Assembly: GCA_038103905.1 (NCBI GenBank)
Contig: JAYNZW010000007.1
Location: forward strand, 5,777-69,776
Reading direction: 5' to 3'
Length of the DNA stretch: 64,000 nt
Origin: Pelagibacteraceae bacterium
GTDB taxonomy: Bacteria; Pseudomonadota; Alphaproteobacteria; Pelagibacterales; AG-422-B15
Shown here: one piece after another, positions 27,366 through 37,060 of the stretch
How positions within the stretch are numbered: position 1 is the stretch's first letter
How the letters are laid out: every line of letters begins with the position of its first letter
Made by a program: the position numbers and the translations under genes
The notes under the pieces: model-generated
Told to the model about the DNA's origin: nothing
The model's database searches: none
What the model saw: only the letters and a program-made list of their open reading frames with translations

Positions 27366-27862
27366 CGCTTAAGATTCTCTAAATCTAGATAATTTACTGT
27401 ATTATGATATTTTTCGATTAATTTTACTAAATTTTGCGGTGAAATATTCACAGTTGCTGTATTTATTAATGGATGAAAATTAACACTTTCTGACTCTAAA
27501 AAAGATCGATCTAAGTAAAATTTAACTTGTTTTTTGACATCATTTAAAAGAGCAAAAGGGCTTACAGAACCTGGTTCAATACCTAATATATTTTTTAAAT
27601 ATTCAGGCTTGGCGAAAGATAGCTTTTTTGATTGAATATGCTGCATTGTTTTTTTTAAATCTATAGAGGAACTTTCCTCAATACTTATTAAAAAAAAATT
27701 TTCCTTTGCATCTTTTAGAAAAAGGTTTTTTGAATGAGCTCCCTCAATTTGTCCACGAAGTGCCTTAGAGTCTTCTACAGTAAATAAAGGCTCATGCTCC
27801 TTCAAAAAATACTCAAATCCATGGTCATCGAGAATTTTAATTAATTCATCTTTGAAGATCAT
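27362..27862 (-). CDS. YbaK/ProX-type aminoacyl-tRNA trans-editing (deacylase) domain protein
   Basis: 166 aa with family-typical HSKNLFLKD and GSVSPFAL motifs. ATGA overlaps on both sides. Confidence 0.8.
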   Translation of the reverse strand: MIFKDELIKILDDHGFEYFLKEHEPLFTVEDSKALRGQIEGAHSKNLFLKDAKENFFLISIEESSSIDLKKTMQHIQSKKLSFAKPEYLKNILGIEPGSVSPFALLNDVKKQVKFYLDRSFLESESVNFHPLINTATVNISPQNLVKLIEKYHNTVNYLDLENLKR

Positions 27863-28731
27863 TTATAGAAGCGCTCTAATCTTAATTTATAATTAGAGCC
27901 AGGAAGTTGATTAATGAGTAGCTTAAGCTGCTTCTTTGATATCCAACCATTCTTATATGACTCTAATTCAATCGAACCTACTAATGTTTTATTCTTTTTT
28001 TGATATTTATGAACATAATTTGAAGCTTCTAGCATTTCCTCCGCATCCCCAGTATCAAACCATTTAACATCCTTATTAAGCGGAAATACATTAAGGTTTG
28101 CTCTTTGCAAATAAGATAAATGAACATCTACTATTTCCAACTCACCTCTTTTTGAAGGCTTAAGCTTTTTTACGACTGAAATTGATTGATGATCATAAAA
28201 ATAAAGCCCAGGTATCGTTAAATTACTTTTCGGATTCTTGGGCTTCTCAGTTATTGACTTAATATTTTTTTTCTTGTCAAACTCAATTACTGCTGATTTT
28301 GATGGATATTTAGTTTTTACTGCAAGTATAGCTGCTTCTGATTTGGTTAACTGAACTTGACTTAGAACAGATTTAAAATTTTTACCAATGAACAAATTAT
28401 CAGCTAATGCAAGAATAAATGGCTTCTTTGCTATAAATTTTTCAGCAATATTTATTGCATCAGGAATTCCAATTTGTTTTTTTTGATACGTATAACTGAA
28501 CTTCATTCCAAGCTGTTTGCCATTGCCAAATAATTTTTTGAACTGTGGGATATCTTGTTTCTGACAAATAAATAATACTTCACGAACTCCAGCATTTATT
28601 AAGTTTGATAAGGCATAATACAAAAGTGGCTTGTCATATAGCGGCAAAAGAGGTTTTACGGTTACTTTAGTGGCAGGCGCCAAACGCGTTCCCTTGCCTG
28701 CCGCAAGAATAATTCCCTTTTTAAATTTCAT
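27859..28731 (-). CDS. Sugar-phosphate nucleotidyltransferase, RmlA (glucose-1-phosphate thymidylyltransferase)-like
   Basis: 290 aa. N-terminus GIILAAGKGTRLAPATKVTVKPLLPLYDKPLLYYALSNL closely parallels the RmlA signature. Confidence 0.8.
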   Translation of the reverse strand: MKFKKGIILAAGKGTRLAPATKVTVKPLLPLYDKPLLYYALSNLINAGVREVLFICQKQDIPQFKKLFGNGKQLGMKFSYTYQKKQIGIPDAINIAEKFIAKKPFILALADNLFIGKNFKSVLSQVQLTKSEAAILAVKTKYPSKSAVIEFDKKKNIKSITEKPKNPKSNLTIPGLYFYDHQSISVVKKLKPSKRGELEIVDVHLSYLQRANLNVFPLNKDVKWFDTGDAEEMLEASNYVHKYQKKNKTLVGSIELESYKNGWISKKQLKLLINQLPGSNYKLRLERFYK

Positions 28732-28749
28732 CTAAGTTTAATTTCTAAT

Positions 28750-29604
28750 TTAATTTTTATTAGATTTATGTTTCAAAAAATTTTTATCTCTTAGATTTCT
28801 ATACTCTGGCTTTTTTTTCTGCATTCTCGACATCATTGTGGACATTACGTCTTCTTTATGGAGTGTGGCAGCATTCCACAACGCGACATTTTCAAGACCT
28901 TCTCTCACTGTATGATCACGGGAATAATTTAATGTTTCCTTTGTGACCCACATGGCTAGTGGTGTCTTCGATGCAAGTTTTTCAGCAATTTCAAATGCAC
29001 TCTTCATCATTTCTTCATGACTATCATGAAGCGAGCTCACAAGCCCAACCTCGTATGCCCTATCAGCTGAAACTTTCTCACCTAGCATTGTCCACTCTCT
29101 TGCAATTCCTGCAGGGATGATTTTTGGTAATCTTTGAATCGTCCCAATATCTGCAGCCAATCCAACATTAATTTCCTCGATTAAAAAAAATGAATCTTTT
29201 GTGCATATTCTAATATCTGCAGCTGATATTAGGTCAATGCCTCCACCTATGCATCCACCTTGTACTGCAACAACAACAGGGAAACGAGCGGTTTCTAGAC
29301 AAGTGACAGCATTCTGAAGAAATTTTAACTGTTGGAGAAAATATCCTCGACTTCTACCAAGCTCATTTTCAGAGTCGTGATCAACAACATCATCTTTAAA
29401 CATGCTTAAATCTATGCCTGAAGAGAAGTGCGGGCCTGTTGAAGAAACAATTAGTGCCCTTATTTCTCCAGTATCATCAAGTTCTTCAACTTCTTTTGGA
29501 AATAATTTCCAAAAGTCTTCATTCATTGAATTTCTTTTTTCAGGTCTATTGAATCTGATGTGGGCTATTCCATTATTTATTTCAACATCAAAAGGTTTTG
29601 ACAT
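28750..29604 (-). CDS. Enoyl-CoA hydratase/isomerase (crotonase) family, dienoyl-CoA isomerase-like
   Basis: 284 aa with a crotonase-fold sequence (NRPEKRNSM, GPHFSSGIDL, QGGCIGGGIDL). Confidence 0.85.
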   Translation of the reverse strand: MSKPFDVEINNGIAHIRFNRPEKRNSMNEDFWKLFPKEVEELDDTGEIRALIVSSTGPHFSSGIDLSMFKDDVVDHDSENELGRSRGYFLQQLKFLQNAVTCLETARFPVVVAVQGGCIGGGIDLISAADIRICTKDSFFLIEEINVGLAADIGTIQRLPKIIPAGIAREWTMLGEKVSADRAYEVGLVSSLHDSHEEMMKSAFEIAEKLASKTPLAMWVTKETLNYSRDHTVREGLENVALWNAATLHKEDVMSTMMSRMQKKKPEYRNLRDKNFLKHKSNKN

Positions 29605-29679
29605 ATTTTTTTCCTCGCCTTAAATAAATGATCTATATAAACTATATATATATTTAAAAATTAGTGAAATACATAAAAT

Positions 29680-30528
29680 ATGGCTATTAATTACGATGAA
29701 ATAATGTCGCTGACTTCTGAGAATGTAGAGATCTCTTACACTGATAAGGACTCAATTCTTTATAGCCTAGGGGTGGGGTTTGGTAATGACCCCATGAATG
29801 TTTATGAATTAAAATATGTATATGAGAATTCACAGATTGCCCTACCATCAATGGCAACAAATTTTCAATATCACTCTCCTTTACTTTTAAAAGCAAATAT
29901 CAATTTCATAATGGTTGTTCATGGTGAACAAAAACTCTCAATTACTAATCCGTTACCAGTATCAGGAGAATTTTTAGCAAATGCAAAAGTAATTGGTTGC
30001 TACGATAAAGGGCCAGGCAAAGGAGCAATTATTGATGTTGAAACAACAATTAATTTAAAAAAAGATAATACAGAAATCTGTAAATTAATAAGTACTACTT
30101 TTGCTCGAGGAGATGGGGGTTTTGATGGACCGGCTTCACCCAAAAAAGAGTTAATCAAACCTACTGGAAATCCAGATTGTGTTCATGAAATAACAACAAA
30201 GCCTGATCAAGCTCTAATATTTAGATTATCAGGGGACTATAATCCACTTCACTCTGATCCGAATTTCGCTAAGGCCGCTGGCTTTGAAAGACCAATTTTA
30301 CATGGTATGTGTACTTACGGTATTGCCTGTCGCTCAATTGTTGAAAGTATGTGCGGTGGTGATACAAAAAAATTAAAAAGATTTGATTGTCGTTTTTCTT
30401 CTCCAGTATATCCTGGGGAAACAATTATTACTGAAATGTGGAATGATGGAAATAATTTTTACTTCCAATCAAAAGTAAAAGAAAGTGACAAAATAGTTAT
30501 TAAAAATGGAGAAGGTGAATTGACATGA
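29680..30528 (+). CDS. MaoC-like (R)-specific enoyl-CoA hydratase, double hotdog
   Basis: 282 aa. Hydratase-2 motif region YRLSGDYNPLHSDPNFAKAAGF. Confidence 0.85.
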   Translation: MAINYDEIMSLTSENVEISYTDKDSILYSLGVGFGNDPMNVYELKYVYENSQIALPSMATNFQYHSPLLLKANINFIMVVHGEQKLSITNPLPVSGEFLANAKVIGCYDKGPGKGAIIDVETTINLKKDNTEICKLISTTFARGDGGFDGPASPKKELIKPTGNPDCVHEITTKPDQALIFRLSGDYNPLHSDPNFAKAAGFERPILHGMCTYGIACRSIVESMCGGDTKKLKRFDCRFSSPVYPGETIITEMWNDGNNFYFQSKVKESDKIVIKNGEGELT

Positions 30529-31706
30529 TACCGCCAGCTGGAATTGAACCTGGAAAGAGTAATTTGTTCTATAATGAGTCACATCATGCTTGGAGAGAGG
30601 AGTTAAGAAAATTTGTATCAAAAGAGATTGTTCCTTTTGTAGAAGAATGGGAAGATGCTGGAGAATTTTCAAAAGATCTTTATAAAAAAGCTGGTGACTT
30701 TGGATTACTTGGTATGGGTTATCCAGAAAAGTATGGTGGAACCAGTGAAGGAATTGATATTTTTCATGGAATAGTAACGTCTGAAGAACTTGCTCAAGGT
30801 TGTGGCGGTGTAGCTGCTAGTTTGTTATCACTAAATATTTCTTTGCCACTAATAATGGCACTTGGAACTGAAGAACAAAAACAAAAATATATTCCTCCAG
30901 TCATCGCAGGTGATAAAATTGCTTGTCTTGGTGTAACAGAACCATCAGGCGGTTCTGATGTTGCCGGAATAAAAACTAAAGCGGTGAGGGATGGCGATCA
31001 TTTTGTAATAAATGGATCAAAAATGTTTATTACAAGCGGCATGAGAGCTGATTATTATGTTGTTGCATGCAGAACTGGTGGGCCAGGAACATCAGGTATA
31101 TCAGCAATTATAATTGAAAAAGGAACTCCAGGATTTACCCAAACACCATTAAAAAAAATGGGTTGGCTGTCTTCTGATACAGCTGCCTTATATTTTGATA
31201 ACGTGCGAGTACCAGTTGAAAATCTGATTGGAGGTGAAAACTCTGGTTGGATGGGAATAATGTCTAATTTTAGCCAAGAAAGGCTTGGATTAGCGGCTGG
31301 TATGAATGCTTATTCTCAGATCTGTATTGATGAAGCTGTAGCTTGGGCAAAAGATAGAAAAACTTTTGGTAAACCTCTAATTGAAAACCAGGTAATTAAA
31401 CATAAGCTTGCTGAAATGAGTAGGATGGTTAACGCAACTAAAGCATATATGGAACTTATGACTTGGAGAGTTATGAACGGCGAGCAACCAATTGCAGATT
31501 TAGCATTACTTAAAGTTCAAGCTAGTAAAACAATGGAGTTTTGTGCTCGAGAAGCCATGCAGATACTTGGAGGGGCCGGCTACCTCAAAGCAAATAGCGG
31601 TCCTGGCAAAGTTGAAAGGATCTACCGCGAAGTAAGAGTGAATGCAATAGGTGGAGGCTCGGAAGAAATCATGCTCGACCTTGCATCTCGACAGTTAGGT
31701 TTTTGA
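30525..31706 (+). CDS. Acyl-CoA dehydrogenase
   Basis: 393 aa with ACAD motifs (CLGVTEPSGGSDVAG, QILGGAGY). ATGA overlap with the MaoC gene. Confidence 0.9.
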   Translation: MIPPAGIEPGKSNLFYNESHHAWREELRKFVSKEIVPFVEEWEDAGEFSKDLYKKAGDFGLLGMGYPEKYGGTSEGIDIFHGIVTSEELAQGCGGVAASLLSLNISLPLIMALGTEEQKQKYIPPVIAGDKIACLGVTEPSGGSDVAGIKTKAVRDGDHFVINGSKMFITSGMRADYYVVACRTGGPGTSGISAIIIEKGTPGFTQTPLKKMGWLSSDTAALYFDNVRVPVENLIGGENSGWMGIMSNFSQERLGLAAGMNAYSQICIDEAVAWAKDRKTFGKPLIENQVIKHKLAEMSRMVNATKAYMELMTWRVMNGEQPIADLALLKVQASKTMEFCAREAMQILGGAGYLKANSGPGKVERIYREVRVNAIGGGSEEIMLDLASRQLGF

Positions 31707-31862
31707 TTTATCAATCCGATACTTGTTTATTTATATAAATAAATATGTATAAATATTATATAAATAATATTTTACATAGTTGGTTTTCTTGAACTCTTAC
31801 TCAAATAAACACCTTTCAAATCATAAATTTAAACAAAGTAGAAAAGTGTCATTCAAATTCTG

Positions 31863-32786
31863 ATGAGCATTTATCTACCAATAGCTGAAATCTCAATAAA
31901 TATCTTTCTGTTAATTTCTCTAGGGGGAGTTGTGGGTTTCTTATCTGGAATGTTTGGTCTAGGTGGAGGGTTTTTAATGACACCATTGTTAATATTTATT
32001 GGCATACCAACAAATGTAGCGGTTGCTACTTCTGCTAACCAGATTGTAGCTTCATCTGTATCGGGTGCAATAGGCCACTGGCGACAAGGGTTGGTTGACA
32101 TAAAAATGGGAGGAGTTTTACTTTCTGGAGGTATCCTTGGTTCTATTGTTGGTGTAAAATTTTTTGATTATCTCTCAAATATTGGTCAGATTGATGCAGT
32201 AATTTCAGTGCTTTATTTTGCATTGTTGTTTTCAATAGGGGCTTTAATGTTAATTGAAAGTTCTCAAGTAATCAGAGATAGGATTAGAAAAAAAACTGTA
32301 AAAAAGAAACTACACTATCATAATTGGGCGCATAGACTTCCATTTAAAACAAAATTCTATACTTCAAAATTATATATAAGTGTAATTCCACCAATAATAA
32401 TAGGGTTTGTAATTGGAATATTATCAGGAACAATGGGCATTGGAGGTTCGTTTATTTTAATACCTGCAATGATTTACTTTCTAGGAATGCCAACTTCAAA
32501 AGTAATAGGTACTTCGCTATTTCAGATTATTTTCATAACCGCAATAGTCACATTGCTTCATGCAACTACAACTTTTGCACTTGATGCTGTTCTTGCAGTT
32601 ATTTTAATCATATCGTCAGTTGTTGGAGCTCAAGTAGGAGTCATTACAGCAAATAAACTAAGAGGAGAAGATTTAAGAGCTTTATTAGCAATAATTGTTT
32701 TAGTGGTTGCCGTTCAGATTGCTGCAGAATTATTTATTCAGCCTGACGATGTATTTAATTTTTCCCATATGGCTAATTATAAATGA
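31863..32786 (+). CDS. TauE/SafE (TSUP) family membrane transporter
   Basis: 307 aa of multi-pass membrane protein with repeated GxGGG motifs (GLGGGFLMTP, GIGGSFILIP). Confidence 0.85.
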   Translation: MSIYLPIAEISINIFLLISLGGVVGFLSGMFGLGGGFLMTPLLIFIGIPTNVAVATSANQIVASSVSGAIGHWRQGLVDIKMGGVLLSGGILGSIVGVKFFDYLSNIGQIDAVISVLYFALLFSIGALMLIESSQVIRDRIRKKTVKKKLHYHNWAHRLPFKTKFYTSKLYISVIPPIIIGFVIGILSGTMGIGGSFILIPAMIYFLGMPTSKVIGTSLFQIIFITAIVTLLHATTTFALDAVLAVILIISSVVGAQVGVITANKLRGEDLRALLAIIVLVVAVQIAAELFIQPDDVFNFSHMANYK

Positions 32787-33571
32787 ACTTAAAATCTATC
32801 ATCATTATTGTAACAGTTTACTTAAGCTTAATTTTAAATTCAAATTCATTAGTAATTGGATCAGATGAAAATGAAATTTTAATTGACGCTAATTTTTCGG
32901 GAAAAGATCTACTAGTATTTGGAGCCTTTTACGCTGATCCATCTCAGCCTCGTGAAAAAAAGGGAGATATTTTAATTGAAGTGGTTGGTCCGAAAGAGGA
33001 TATTGTCCTAAGAAAAAAAGAGTCTTTCTTAGGATTTTGGCTAAATGCGAAAAGCGTAAAATTTAGAGACGTACCAAGCTTTTATTATTTATCAAGTACA
33101 AGTAAATTGAAGGATAGTTTTTTTGAAAAAAATAGTATTGGTTTACTTGAAACTGATCAGTTGCCAGAAGTAAATTGGAGCTTGATTACAACTGAATGGG
33201 GAACTGTAAGTTCTGATGAGGAAAAACAAGAATTTTATGAAGCCCTCGTTCGCAATAAGACTTATGAAAATGTTTTTAAGCAAACTTCTGAAGAGATTGA
33301 AATACTTGATGGTAATTTATTCAAAACGAATATACCAATACCTAACACGGTTCCAGTTGGCACCTATGATGTGAATTTATATTTGATTTTAAATAATAAA
33401 ATCTCAAAAGATTACTCATATAAGTTCAAAGTGAGACGAATTGGAATAGAAAGTATAATTTTCAACTTTGCTAATAGTTTTCCACTTCTATATGGGTTTA
33501 CTTCACTGGTAATCGCTCTTATTATAGGATGGATTAGCGCAGACTTATTTAGAAGATTCAGAAAAGCATAA
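32783..33571 (+). CDS. Hypothetical exported protein with C-terminal TM anchor
   Basis: 262 aa with an N-terminal signal-like helix and one C-terminal TM helix. It overlaps both neighbours. It may belong to the alphaproteobacterial TIGR02186-type family (recalled, unverified). Confidence 0.7.
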   Translation: MNLKSIIIIVTVYLSLILNSNSLVIGSDENEILIDANFSGKDLLVFGAFYADPSQPREKKGDILIEVVGPKEDIVLRKKESFLGFWLNAKSVKFRDVPSFYYLSSTSKLKDSFFEKNSIGLLETDQLPEVNWSLITTEWGTVSSDEEKQEFYEALVRNKTYENVFKQTSEEIEILDGNLFKTNIPIPNTVPVGTYDVNLYLILNNKISKDYSYKFKVRRIGIESIIFNFANSFPLLYGFTSLVIALIIGWISADLFRRFRKA

Positions 33572-34299
33572 TGGAAGAAATATCATATAGTTATGTCCTG
33601 CTAGCAGGACTATTAAGTTTCTTATCTCCTTGCGTACTACCAATAGTGCCTGGATACCTGTGTTTCATTGCCGGTACATCACTTGATAAAGTTTTGGATG
33701 ATAGTTCAGTAGTAAGAGTAAATATTTTTAAGTATGCATTAAGCTTTGTTATTGGTTTTTCTACAGTTTTTATCTTACTAGGAGCTTCGGCAACAATCCT
33801 CAGTAGCTTGTTATATGAATACATTAATATTCTAAGAATTGTTGGAGGTATAATAATTATAATATTTGGCATTCACTTCACACAAATTATTCAAATCCCT
33901 TTTTTGAATAGTGATACGAGATTTCAATTACAAAATTATAGACCTGGTTTAGTTGGGTCTTATATAATTGGATTATCATTTGCTTTTGGGTGGACACCTT
34001 GTATTGGTCCAATTCTTGGAAGTGTTCTATCTATTGCAGCTAGTTCCGAAACAGTTTCAACGGGCATTATACTGCTAATGATTTATTCTGCTGGACTTGG
34101 AATACCATTTTTGTTTGCAGCTTACGGAATTGGTGGATTCTTAAAATTTTTATCAAAAATTAGAAAGTATATAAGAGCAATAGAAATTTTTACTGGAGTA
34201 TTGCTAATTCTATTTGGTTTCCTTATTCTAACAAATAGAATACAGGAAATTGCATTCTTTTTTATTAAATACTTTCCTATATTATCTCAATTTGGTTAA
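33571..34299 (+). CDS. ccdA: Cytochrome c biogenesis thiol-disulfide transporter CcdA (DsbD family)
   Basis: 242 aa. LSFLSPCVLPIVPGY and GWTPCIGPILG motifs, with the two conserved Cys. Confidence 0.85.
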   Translation: MEEISYSYVLLAGLLSFLSPCVLPIVPGYLCFIAGTSLDKVLDDSSVVRVNIFKYALSFVIGFSTVFILLGASATILSSLLYEYINILRIVGGIIIIIFGIHFTQIIQIPFLNSDTRFQLQNYRPGLVGSYIIGLSFAFGWTPCIGPILGSVLSIAASSETVSTGIILLMIYSAGLGIPFLFAAYGIGGFLKFLSKIRKYIRAIEIFTGVLLILFGFLILTNRIQEIAFFFIKYFPILSQFG

Positions 34300-34310
34300 A
34301 GGAGCCGTCA

Positions 34311-35186
34311 ATGTTTGAAAAAAATTTATTACAAAATAAAAGAATTTTAGTTTCTGGCGGTGGTTCAGGACTTGGAAAAGCTATGGCAACAAGATATTTG
34401 GAACTTGGAGCGGATATTTATATTTGTGGCAGAAGAAAGTCAGTCTTAGAAGAAACATCTAAAGAACTAATGGATCTTCATGGTGGCTCAGTAAAACCAA
34501 TTTCATGTGACATAAAAATTCCGGAAGCAATTGAAGATATGGTTGATGAAATCTGGAGTGAAGGTCCTCTCACAGGCTTACTAAATAATGCTGCAGGGAA
34601 TTTTATCTCAAGAACAGAAGACTTATCTCCTAGAGCGTTTACTGCTATTTCTAATATTGTCTTTAATGGGACTTTTTACATGACAAATGCTATTGGAAAA
34701 AGGTGGTTAAATGAAAATCTTAAAGGTAGCATTATCTCAATACTAACAACTTGGATAGACAGTAGTGGCCCATATACAGTTCCATCTGCAATGTCTAAGT
34801 CAGGTCTTGCAACTATGACTAGGTCTTTAGCAGCTGAATGGGGAAATAGAGGAATAAGATTAAATGGTATTTCTCCTGGGCCTTTTCCAACTAAAGGTGC
34901 ATGGGATAGATTAGCTCCAGGTGATAAAGGGAAGAATTTAATGGATGCTATACCAATGAAAAGAACTGGAGAATTAAGTGAGCTAGCAAACCTTGCAACT
35001 TTCTTAATGGCAGATGGATGTGAATATCTAACAGGAGAAATCATTGCGATAGATGGCGCTCAGTGGCTGAATCATGCTGGTAATTTTTACGAAATGCTAA
35101 AAGATGTTACCGATCAGGAATGGGATCAATTAAGAAATATGATTAAAGCTTCAAATGATGCAGACAAAGCAAAAAGGTCTGTTTAA
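34311..35186 (+). CDS. SDR, 2,4-dienoyl-CoA reductase-like
   Basis: 291 aa. GGGSGLGKA cofactor motif, with overall resemblance to DECR-type SDRs. Confidence 0.78.
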   Translation: MFEKNLLQNKRILVSGGGSGLGKAMATRYLELGADIYICGRRKSVLEETSKELMDLHGGSVKPISCDIKIPEAIEDMVDEIWSEGPLTGLLNNAAGNFISRTEDLSPRAFTAISNIVFNGTFYMTNAIGKRWLNENLKGSIISILTTWIDSSGPYTVPSAMSKSGLATMTRSLAAEWGNRGIRLNGISPGPFPTKGAWDRLAPGDKGKNLMDAIPMKRTGELSELANLATFLMADGCEYLTGEIIAIDGAQWLNHAGNFYEMLKDVTDQEWDQLRNMIKASNDADKAKRSV

Positions 35187-35995
35187 TCGAAGTTTTTTTT
35201 ATACATATTCCGTGAGAAGCTTCTAATTATGAATGGAAAATAATTCATAACAAAAGAAGCAAATTTACCTTCCCATCCAACTTTATTATGAACTTTTCTA
35301 CTTTTATAGACGGATAAGACAGCTTCAGCTACTTTTTCAGCAGGATAAATTTTTGAAATCTCTTTTATTTTATCTCTATTAAAAGTTCCATCCATTCTCT
35401 CAGTAACTTGTTCAGCATTAAGTATAGGAGTTTCTGTAAACCATGGATTAATTTCACAAACAGAAATTCCATATTTATGAAACTCTACATTCAGAGACTC
35501 AGTTAATCCTCTGACTGCAAATTTTGTAGCAGAGTAGACCGCGGCACCTGGAACAGGTACAAATCCACCAATAGATGATGTATTAACTATAACGCTTTGG
35601 TTAGTTTTTTTAAGTAAAGGTAGAATTGCATAGATACCATTAATTATGCCATTCAAATTAACGTCTACAATTTTTTTAGACTCCTGAATCGGAATATCCT
35701 CTACTCTTCCGGTAAAATTTGCAATTCCAGCATTATTAAAAAATAAATCGCATTTACCGTTTGTATACTTTTCAAATGATTCTCTTGCTTTCTCCCATTC
35801 CTTTACGCTTGTTACATCAAGTTTTTGATACATGCATAAGTTATGACCAATTTCTCGAGCAACCTCAATAAGGCCCTCTTCATTAATATCAAATAATCCT
35901 ACTTCCCAACCCTTTTTTGCAAAATAAATAGCAGTAGCTTTTCCAATTCCAGATGCTGCTCCTGTAATAAATATACTTTTTTTATTTTGTTTCAT
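35183..35995 (-). CDS. Short-chain dehydrogenase/reductase (SDR)
   Basis: 270 aa. TGAASGIGKA and YSATK motifs. Confidence 0.85.
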   Translation of the reverse strand: MKQNKKSIFITGAASGIGKATAIYFAKKGWEVGLFDINEEGLIEVAREIGHNLCMYQKLDVTSVKEWEKARESFEKYTNGKCDLFFNNAGIANFTGRVEDIPIQESKKIVDVNLNGIINGIYAILPLLKKTNQSVIVNTSSIGGFVPVPGAAVYSATKFAVRGLTESLNVEFHKYGISVCEINPWFTETPILNAEQVTERMDGTFNRDKIKEISKIYPAEKVAEAVLSVYKSRKVHNKVGWEGKFASFVMNYFPFIIRSFSRNMYKKNFD

Positions 35996-36002
35996 TCCAA
36001 AT

Positions 36003-37052
36003 TTAATTATTTATTTCAGAGCGAACTGCCTGCTCAATATTTTCAAAATTATCCTTCTCAAGATAATCTACAAGATCTTTCTTAATATTTTCAATAAGTC
36101 TAGACCCCTCATAAGTTAAAGCTGTATAAAGTTGAACAGCGGAAGCGCCTAATTTTATTTTTTTATATACATCAGCCGCATTGGAAATGCCTCCAACACC
36201 AATAAGTGAAATTTCACCTTTAGTTTTTGTTGAAATAAGCTTTAAAACTTCATTAGACTTATCTCTAATAGGGACTCCTGACAGCCCTCCCTTTTCTCGA
36301 AAGAGTCTATTTGCTAAGCTGGAAGGTCTTTCAGTTGATGTATTTGAAACAATTAAACCATCAATATTATTTTTATAGACAATATTAATTATATCATCGT
36401 AATCTTTTTCAGAGCTATCAGGATCTATTTTCAAGAAAATATTTTTCTGAATTGACTTGCTATCTTTGATCATCTTTAGTTCTTTAGTCAGAGTATCAAG
36501 TGACTCGATTTTTTGGATATCTCTAAGTCCTTCTGTATTTGGAGATGAAAGATTAATAGTTATATAATCTGCATCAGAATAAATTTTTTCAAACAAGATA
36601 AGATAATCATTGATAAAATTACTTGAATCTCTATTTGGGCCGATATTAGCACCTACTATGCTAATATTCTTTTTTCTTTTATTGAAATTTACTGAAAAAC
36701 TATCAATACCTTTATTATTAAATCCCAGTCTATTAATCAATGCCCTATCCTCAAGAAGCCTGAAAACTCTTGGTTTGGGATTTCCATATTGTGGTTTAAT
36801 AGTAGTTGTACCACATTCAATTAATCCAAACCCTAGTTTTTGCATAGCATTAATTACTTCAGCATTTTTATCAAAACCGGCAGCTAAACCAATTGGATTT
36901 CTCAATTTTAGCCCTGCAATCGAGCAAGTAAGGCTAGGGTGATCATTTCTTTGATTCATTCCAAATGCTAGATACTTTAAAATTTGGATAGTTAAAAAAT
37001 GAGAAGTTTCTGGTTGAAATGATTTTATTAAGTTTAGTAGATACTTTTCCAT
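36003..37052 (-). CDS. pyrD: Dihydroorotate dehydrogenase (quinone), class 2
   Basis: 349 aa. GFNNKG, NLSSPNTEGLR and GVGGI motifs. Confidence 0.9.
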   Translation of the reverse strand: MEKYLLNLIKSFQPETSHFLTIQILKYLAFGMNQRNDHPSLTCSIAGLKLRNPIGLAAGFDKNAEVINAMQKLGFGLIECGTTTIKPQYGNPKPRVFRLLEDRALINRLGFNNKGIDSFSVNFNKRKKNISIVGANIGPNRDSSNFINDYLILFEKIYSDADYITINLSSPNTEGLRDIQKIESLDTLTKELKMIKDSKSIQKNIFLKIDPDSSEKDYDDIINIVYKNNIDGLIVSNTSTERPSSLANRLFREKGGLSGVPIRDKSNEVLKLISTKTKGEISLIGVGGISNAADVYKKIKLGASAVQLYTALTYEGSRLIENIKKDLVDYLEKDNFENIEQAVRSEINN

Positions 37053-37060
37053 TATCTATT

